Assembly: GCA_026387175.1 (NCBI GenBank)
Contig: JAPLME010000002.1
Coordinates: forward strand, 12,780-76,779
Origin: Candidatus Omnitrophota bacterium
GTDB taxonomy: Bacteria > Omnitrophota > Gorgyraeia > 2-01-FULL-45-10
Direction of reading: 5' to 3'
DNA length: 64,000 bases
Part shown: positions 58,449 through 64,000 of the stretch, piece by piece
How positions within the stretch are numbered: position 1 is the stretch's first letter
How the letters are laid out: each line of letters opens with the position of its first letter
The notes under the pieces: model-generated
What the model was told of the DNA's origin: nothing
Databases searched by the model: none
The model's input: only the letters and a program-made list of their open reading frames with translations
Program-made: the position numbers and the translations under genes

Positions 58449-59846
58449 GTGATGGCTAAGATAAACACAGACGATACGATAGCGGCGATAGCAACTCCGG
58501 TAGGCGAGGGCGGGATAGGTATAGTGCGTTTAAGCGGCCCTTCAAGCCTTGCGATAGCGGATAAGATATTCGATTCCGCGTCCGGTGAGAAACTCTCCCG
58601 ATGCGCGGCATATACGACACATTACGGAAAGATCAAAGACCCTAAGACATCGGAGATCGTCGACGAGGTCATAGTTACGGTTATGCGCGCGCCTAAGAGC
58701 TATACCAGAGAAGATGTGGTGGAGATAAACTGCCATGGGGGGCTTCAGCCGGTAAAGAAGACGCTGGAGCTTACTTTGAAGAACGGCGCTCGTATCGCGG
58801 ATCCCGGAGAATTTACCAAGAGAGCGTTCCTGAACGGAAGGATAGACCTGGTCCAGGCTGAAGCCGTTCTGGATGTGATACGTTCGAAGACCGAAGCGTC
58901 GCTTAAGGTCGCGATGACCCAGCTCGAAGGCGAGCTTTCCGCAAGGATAAACGCTATTCGGGAAGAGATCATCGATATCACATCGGAACTGGAGGCGGAT
59001 ATAGATTTTTCCGAAGAAGAGGCGGGCGTATCCGACCGAAAGAAACTCTTCCTTCGCACAGGCAAAATAATTACGGATCTCGAAAAATTAATCAATACTT
59101 ACGATGGAGGTTCGATACTGAGGGAGGGAGTTCTGGCGGTAATATGCGGCAAACCCAATGTCGGAAAATCGAGCCTGATGAATCTCCTCTTAAAAAGGGA
59201 CAGAGTCATCGTATCTCCTATACCCGGCACGACCCGTGATACGATCGAGGAGATGATCAGTCTGAATGGCATTCCGATCCGCCTTGTGGATACGGCAGGG
59301 ATAACCGACACGAAGGATATGCTTGAGAAAGAAGGCGTTGCCCGAAGCAGGAAATATCTCGCGATGGCGGACATTGTGGTGCTCATCCTGGATCATTCCA
59401 CGAGGATAGACAGAGCCGACCGGGAGATCATAAAGATGTGCGCCGGCAAGAAGAAGATAGTGGCGCTGAATAAGACGGATCTTGCCGGAAAGATCGATGC
59501 GAAGGATATGCGGGCGCTCTTGAAGAAAGAGAAGTTCATAAAGATATCTGTCGGTAAGCGTAAAAATATAGATCTTCTGGAAAACGCGCTGACGGAGGCA
59601 GTATGGTCCGGCGGTTTTACCCAGGGCGAGCCGGCTATACTTAGCAACGCGCGTCACAAAGGGCTTCTTGACAAAGCTCTTGCAAATATGTTATCAGTTA
59701 AAGAGGCGTTTAAAGCGGATGAAGGGCCGGAGACCATTGCGATAGACCTGAAAGAGGCGATAGCGGCGCTGGGGCTCGTGATAGGCAAGACTATTTCAGA
59801 TGATATACTTGACAGGATCTTCGAACGGTTCTGCATAGGGAAATGA
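58449..59846 (+). CDS. mnmE: tRNA modification GTPase MnmE
   Basis: G-domain motifs GKPNVGKSS, DTAG. C-terminal CIGK. Confidence 0.9.
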   Translation: MMAKINTDDTIAAIATPVGEGGIGIVRLSGPSSLAIADKIFDSASGEKLSRCAAYTTHYGKIKDPKTSEIVDEVIVTVMRAPKSYTREDVVEINCHGGLQPVKKTLELTLKNGARIADPGEFTKRAFLNGRIDLVQAEAVLDVIRSKTEASLKVAMTQLEGELSARINAIREEIIDITSELEADIDFSEEEAGVSDRKKLFLRTGKIITDLEKLINTYDGGSILREGVLAVICGKPNVGKSSLMNLLLKRDRVIVSPIPGTTRDTIEEMISLNGIPIRLVDTAGITDTKDMLEKEGVARSRKYLAMADIVVLILDHSTRIDRADREIIKMCAGKKKIVALNKTDLAGKIDAKDMRALLKKEKFIKISVGKRKNIDLLENALTEAVWSGGFTQGEPAILSNARHKGLLDKALANMLSVKEAFKADEGPETIAIDLKEAIAALGLVIGKTISDDILDRIFERFCIGK

Positions 59847-59858
59847 CGGGAGAATCCG

Positions 59859-60416
59859 ATGGATAAAGCACGTATAGAAAAAGCGGTCAGGGAGATACTG
59901 CTGGCCATAGGAGAAGATGTAAAACGACATGACATAAAGGATACGCCCAGCCGGGTTGCCGACATGTATGAGGAGATATTGGGTGGCACCAAGGTTAACC
60001 CGGAAAAGGAGCTTGAGGTCGTATTCGAGAAAGAGCATGATGAGATAGTGCTGCTTAAAGGAATTCCGCTATATTCAATCTGTGAACATCATCTTTTGCC
60101 GTTCATAGGACGGGCGCACGTTGCCTATATTCCGAGCAATAACCGCGTAACGGGCTTGAGCAAGATCGCAAGGGTAGTAGACACATTTTCCAGGCGGTTG
60201 CAGGTCCAGGAGCGCCTGACTACCGATATTGCGGACCTGATAATGAGAAAATTAAAGCCGAAAGGCGTTCTGGTGGTTATAGAGGCCGAACATCTCTGCA
60301 TGAGCATGAGGGGCGTCAAGAAACCCGGTGTAATGACCATAACCAGCGCTGTCCGCGGTGTATTCAGAAAGAACGAAAAGACCCGGTCCGAGGCCCTCGC
60401 CCTTATCCGCGGTTGA
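59859..60416 (+). CDS. folE: GTP cyclohydrolase I
   Basis: [10 protein letters not shown] motif. Confidence 0.9.
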   Translation: MDKARIEKAVREILLAIGEDVKRHDIKDTPSRVADMYEEILGGTKVNPEKELEVVFEKEHDEIVLLKGIPLYSICEHHLLPFIGRAHVAYIPSNNRVTGLSKIARVVDTFSRRLQVQERLTTDIADLIMRKLKPKGVLVVIEAEHLCMSMRGVKKPGVMTITSAVRGVFRKNEKTRSEALALIRG

Positions 60417-60479
60417 CGCTTAAGAGCCGCATATTATCGTTGAATTACCCTATTCCATATAATATAATATAAATCTATT

Positions 60480-60926
60480 ATGAACCCATTACTGGAATTC
60501 AGCAGAAATTATATATTCCTGACATCATTTGCGGCCTGGGCGATCGCCCAGACGATAAAGGTCATTCTGGGCGTAATAAGGGAGAAACGCTTTAACTTCA
60601 GATGGTTTGTCGGGACCGGCGGCATGCCCAGCGCGCATGCGGCGAGCGTATCGTCGCTATCCACATCGGTGGGCGTTACCTATGGCTTTGATTCCGCGTT
60701 ATTTGCCATCGTGCTCACATTCACTCTCATAATCATGTTCGATGCCCAGACGACAAGGCTTTCTACTGGGAGGCAGGCCGGTATATTGAATAAGATGATA
60801 GACGATATATACTGGAAGCACCAGTTCGACGACAAGAAGCTTAAAGAATTTTTAGGGCATACGCCGATAGAAGTGTTCGTCGGAGCGGGCCTGGGCATAG
60901 TGGTTTCGTTACTCCTCTATAAATAG
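60480..60926 (+). CDS. divergent PAP2 (DUF212) family membrane protein
   Basis: GGMPSAHAASVSSL motif. Confidence 0.7.
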   Translation: MNPLLEFSRNYIFLTSFAAWAIAQTIKVILGVIREKRFNFRWFVGTGGMPSAHAASVSSLSTSVGVTYGFDSALFAIVLTFTLIIMFDAQTTRLSTGRQAGILNKMIDDIYWKHQFDDKKLKEFLGHTPIEVFVGAGLGIVVSLLLYK

Positions 60927-60943
60927 AAAAGAAGGTATTCGCC

Positions 60944-61801
60944 GTGAATAAAAAGATCGCGGTTTTTGCGATATCGGCTGCACTGTCGATCATCTTCGTC
61001 GTTATGCTTTATCGGCTGATATTCGATATGGCCTCGCGGGCCCGAACGCCGGCGCCGGACATATCCAAAACCGCCGCCACAATCTCTAAACCCGCGGAAA
61101 GAGAGGATGCGTACTGGCGCCTTGCCTCGATCTGCGAAAAAAAACAGGATCTTTTAAAATTAAAAAATATCTATCAGCAGATACTGGAAGAGTTTCCCTC
61201 TTCCAATAATGTCCTGAAAGCCCAGGAGGCGCTGGAAAATACCAATGTAAGGCTCTTATTCTCAGATATTCAGGACCCCGACTCTTTTATCTATCGGGTA
61301 GAGAAAGGCGATGGGCTGGCCAAGATAGCTAAGAAATTCAATACGACCGTAGAGCTTATTTTAAGGGCCAATGGATTGAAGGACGGGGTATTGAGGTACG
61401 GCAGGAAGCTGAAGATCACGAAGCTCAGATTCAGCATAGTTGTGGACAAATCGCAAAATATATTGACCTTGAAAGCGGACGACAAGATATTCAAGACTTA
61501 CAGAGTATCCACAGGAAAGGATTCTTCAACACCGGTAGGCAGTTTTAAAATAATCACTAAGATAATAAATCCGCCATGGTATCCCGCTAAAGGTAAGGCG
61601 ATACCGTCCGGCGATCCGAAAAATGTCCTCGGGTCGAGGTGGCTGGGCATATCCAAACCCAGCTATGGCATACACGGCACCATAGATCCGGCCTCCATAG
61701 GTAAGAGTGTAACCGAAGGCTGTGTCAGGATGAAGAACATTGAGGTCGAGGAACTCTATTCGATAGTGCCTGAGGGCACAGAAGTGGTCATAGTCGATTG
61801 A
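60944..61801 (+). CDS. LysM domain + YkuD L,D-transpeptidase
   Basis: LysM YRVEKGDGLAKIAKKF. Catalytic HGT...GCVRM. Confidence 0.8.
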   Translation: MNKKIAVFAISAALSIIFVVMLYRLIFDMASRARTPAPDISKTAATISKPAEREDAYWRLASICEKKQDLLKLKNIYQQILEEFPSSNNVLKAQEALENTNVRLLFSDIQDPDSFIYRVEKGDGLAKIAKKFNTTVELILRANGLKDGVLRYGRKLKITKLRFSIVVDKSQNILTLKADDKIFKTYRVSTGKDSSTPVGSFKIITKIINPPWYPAKGKAIPSGDPKNVLGSRWLGISKPSYGIHGTIDPASIGKSVTEGCVRMKNIEVEELYSIVPEGTEVVIVD

Positions 61802-61816
61802 TCGAAGAAAGGTATT

Positions 61817-62779
61817 ATGGCGATGATGCCCGGGTTTGAATTCGAGAAACCCATCATAGAATTAGAGAGAAAGATAGAAGAGCTTAAAGGGCTCACCTCC
61901 CACAAGGATATAAATATTTCCGGCGAGATCAAGACCCTGGAAGGCAAACTCCTTCAGATAAAGACGGATGTATACGAAAATCTTACCCCATGGCAGCGAG
62001 TCCAGATAGCCCGCCATCCGAAAAGGCCGTACACACTTGACTACATCGAGATGATGATGACGGACTTTATCGAGATACACGGCGACAGGCATTTTTCCGA
62101 TGACAAGGCCATGATATGCGGCCTGGCGAAGATCGACGGGGAGAGCATAGTCGTGATCGGCCATCAGAAGGGAAGAGATACCAAAGAGAACCTCGAAAGG
62201 AATTTCGGCTGCGCCAACCCTGAGGGCTATAGGAAAGCGATGAGGGTGATGTATATGGCCGCCAAGTTCAACCTGCCCATCGTCACCTTCATAGATACGC
62301 CGGGCGCATACCCCGGAATAGGCGCCGAAGAGAGGGGCCAGGCTGAAGCGATCGCATATAACCTGAGAGAGATGGCGGACCTGAGGACGCCGATACTGAT
62401 CTTTGTAATAGGCGAGGGCGGTTCGGGCGGAGCGCTTGGCATAGGCGTTGGCGACAGAATCTATGTGATGGAGAACGCCTATTATTCGGTGATATCTCCC
62501 GAAGGCTGCGCGGCTATACTATGGAAAGAACGCTCCCGTTCGCCTGATGCCGCTATGGCGCTGAAGCTGACCGCGAAGGACCTGATCGAGATGAAGATAA
62601 TCGATGGTATGATAAAAGAGCCTCTCGGAGGAGCCCACAGGGATCCTCAGGGGACGGCCACTAGCCTGAAAAAAGTGATAAAGAAGGAACTGACGAGCCT
62701 GAAGGCCATTCCAAAAGACAAACTGATAAAAGCAAGATATGATAAAATCAGATCCGTTGGCGTTTTTAAAGAATCGTAA
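61817..62779 (+). CDS. accA: acetyl-CoA carboxylase carboxyltransferase alpha subunit
   Basis: Full-length similarity, [16 protein letters not shown]-terminus. Confidence 0.9.
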   Translation: MAMMPGFEFEKPIIELERKIEELKGLTSHKDINISGEIKTLEGKLLQIKTDVYENLTPWQRVQIARHPKRPYTLDYIEMMMTDFIEIHGDRHFSDDKAMICGLAKIDGESIVVIGHQKGRDTKENLERNFGCANPEGYRKAMRVMYMAAKFNLPIVTFIDTPGAYPGIGAEERGQAEAIAYNLREMADLRTPILIFVIGEGGSGGALGIGVGDRIYVMENAYYSVISPEGCAAILWKERSRSPDAAMALKLTAKDLIEMKIIDGMIKEPLGGAHRDPQGTATSLKKVIKKELTSLKAIPKDKLIKARYDKIRSVGVFKES

Positions 62780-63188
62780 GAATCTATCCGGAAAGATCCT
62801 GATAAAAGTTCCGAGTGAGATGAGATACATAAGAAAAGTATCTTCCGGAGTATTGTCAGGGCTTAAGCATTATAATGTTGACGAAGGCAGGCTATTCGAT
62901 ATAAGACTTTGCGTCGAAGAGGCGGTAAGGAACGCGATGGTCCATGGAAACCATTCCGATAGCGCCCTTTCGGTCAAGATCGCGTATTGGGTCGATAATG
63001 GAGTTCTCAGCGTAGAGATAGAAGATGAAGGCTCAGGTTTTGACCATACTAATGTGGACGATCCCACTCTTGCGGGACATATTCTGAAAAATTCCGGCAG
63101 AGGGGTTTACCTGATTAAAAAGCTTATGGATAAAGTCGAATACAATGACAAGGGCAATAAAGTGGCCATGATAAAGAGGCTAAAGTAA
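62739..63188 (+). CDS. RsbW/SpoIIAB-like anti-sigma factor serine kinase (HATPase_c); start uncertain, since it overlaps the accA 3' end
   Basis: [15 protein letters not shown]-box. GSGF G-box. Confidence 0.6.
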   Translation: MIKSDPLAFLKNRKNLSGKILIKVPSEMRYIRKVSSGVLSGLKHYNVDEGRLFDIRLCVEEAVRNAMVHGNHSDSALSVKIAYWVDNGVLSVEIEDEGSGFDHTNVDDPTLAGHILKNSGRGVYLIKKLMDKVEYNDKGNKVAMIKRLK

Positions 63189-63201
63189 GGGGGGTAAGGA
63201 T

Positions 63202-63537
63202 ATGCCGATGAAGGTAGAGACCAAAAATGGATTGACTGTCTGTTATGTCGAGGGCGAGATCGATATAAATACAAGCCCCGGCGTAAAGAAATCTTTCGAC
63301 AAATTGATAAGCTCGAAAACGCCGAAAATAATAATTAACCTGTCGAGGGTAACGTATGTCGATTCGTCGGGCCTGGCGACGCTTGTAGAGATATTAAAGA
63401 ACATGAGGTCGTATGGGGGCAGGCTCAGGTTATCGGACATGTCCTCGAAGGTAAAGAGCCTGTTCGAGATAACGAAACTTGAGAAGTTATTCGAGATAGT
63501 CGTCGATGAGAAAGAGGCCATTTCGACGTTCGTTTAG
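63202..63537 (+). CDS. STAS-domain anti-sigma factor antagonist
   Basis: INLSRVTYVDSSGLATLV. SD AAGGGGGGTAAGG. Confidence 0.75.
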   Translation: MPMKVETKNGLTVCYVEGEIDINTSPGVKKSFDKLISSKTPKIIINLSRVTYVDSSGLATLVEILKNMRSYGGRLRLSDMSSKVKSLFEITKLEKLFEIVVDEKEAISTFV

Positions 63538-63559
63538 TCTGTTTTTATAGGACGGTGAT

Positions 63560-64000
63560 ATGAATTTCTTCGAACGGATAGGCAGTATAGTACTGGGCGC
63601 GTACCGGCAGACCGTCGAGGCCCTGGCGTTATTTTTTGATACCATCGCCTGGCTGATCATCGGCCCTGCCAAGCATAAGTCGGCCAAGCGGTCCGGCATA
63701 TTCTACCAGATGGTATTTGTAGGCGCCGGTTCTCTCATAATAACTTTCTTCGTGGCTTTTTTCACCGGTATAGTGATCGCGATGCAGAGCGCTTATCAGC
63801 TCGGCAAGTTCGGCGCGAATATATATGTGGCTCCGATGGTCGCGGTGAGCCTTGCCAGAGAGCTCGCTCCTGTACTGACGGCGCTCGTTGTGGCCGGCAG
63901 GGTCGGAGCGGCAATCGCCGCTGAACTGGGGACGATGAAAGTCAGCGAGCAGATAGAAGCGCTCGAGACGATGGCCCTTAATCCGATCAGGTATCTGGTT
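63560..64000 (+). CDS. mlaE: MlaE-family ABC transporter permease, 3' end outside window
   Basis: ORF is open to the window end. MlaE-like N-terminus. Confidence 0.65.
   Translation, partial: MNFFERIGSIVLGAYRQTVEALALFFDTIAWLIIGPAKHKSAKRSGIFYQMVFVGAGSLIITFFVAFFTGIVIAMQSAYQLGKFGANIYVAPMVAVSLARELAPVLTALVVAGRVGAAIAAELGTMKVSEQIEALETMALNPIRYLV

Noticed and set aside
1-64000. CRISPR array
   Set aside because: No series of regularly spaced identical direct repeats with unique spacers. The repeats found are single intergenic modules about 1-6 kb apart.

Overview
This 64-kb bacterial window has every convincing gene on the + strand. Positions 1-13.5 kb form an accessory island. Up to about 7.2 kb it is AT-rich, then a roughly 50% GC giant gene follows. 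The island reads as cassette-like units of defence or toxin-antitoxin flavoured genes, separated by a repeated 95-bp terminator-containing module (4 copies) and a second family of TGGCAC-containing hairpin repeats. The genes are: the C-terminal fragment of a DndD/SbcC-like ATPase plus two small partners; a DUF4263/Shedu-like PD-(D/E)xK candidate; a NERD nuclease with a topoisomerase-type Zn ribbon; an orphan BrnA-like RHH antitoxin next to YjbQ; a YhcG/DUF1016 nuclease; an 1838-aa multidomain protein (HAD-like, NPPY HemK-like methyltransferase, second class-I SAM methyltransferase, weak HD-like motif) transcribed leaderless from a consensus promoter; and an ORF6N/KilA-N protein. From 13.7 kb onward the sequence is higher-GC core genome. 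It carries a secreted 970-aa protein, a GH77-like 1087-aa membrane-anchored protein coupled to a polytopic GT-C-like membrane protein, and four stand-alone receiver-domain response regulators. It also carries a flavin reductase, ArfB, two tRNA-Ser genes (CGA and GGA), an ALDC-like gene behind a long GC-rich structured leader, an HD-GYP phosphodiesterase, a GH5 hydrolase, an SsuA/NMT1-like binding protein, a Cache-HAMP-PP2C phosphatase, MarC, a rubrerythrin-like protein, an ABC-F ATPase, an M42 peptidase and a TolC-MacA-MacB efflux operon. Further along are an FkbM methyltransferase, a GAF histidine kinase, cyclophilin, a prepilin, PlsC, GpmA, PurH, FolC, MnmE, FolE, a divergent PAP2, a LysM L,D-transpeptidase, AccA, an RsbW-like kinase with its STAS antagonist, and a 3'-truncated MlaE. 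No CRISPR array and no rRNA were seen. Several promoters sit so close to their start codons that the mRNAs are leaderless. A TTGCCNTGANGGCAA palindrome overlapping the -35 box recurs at two promoters.
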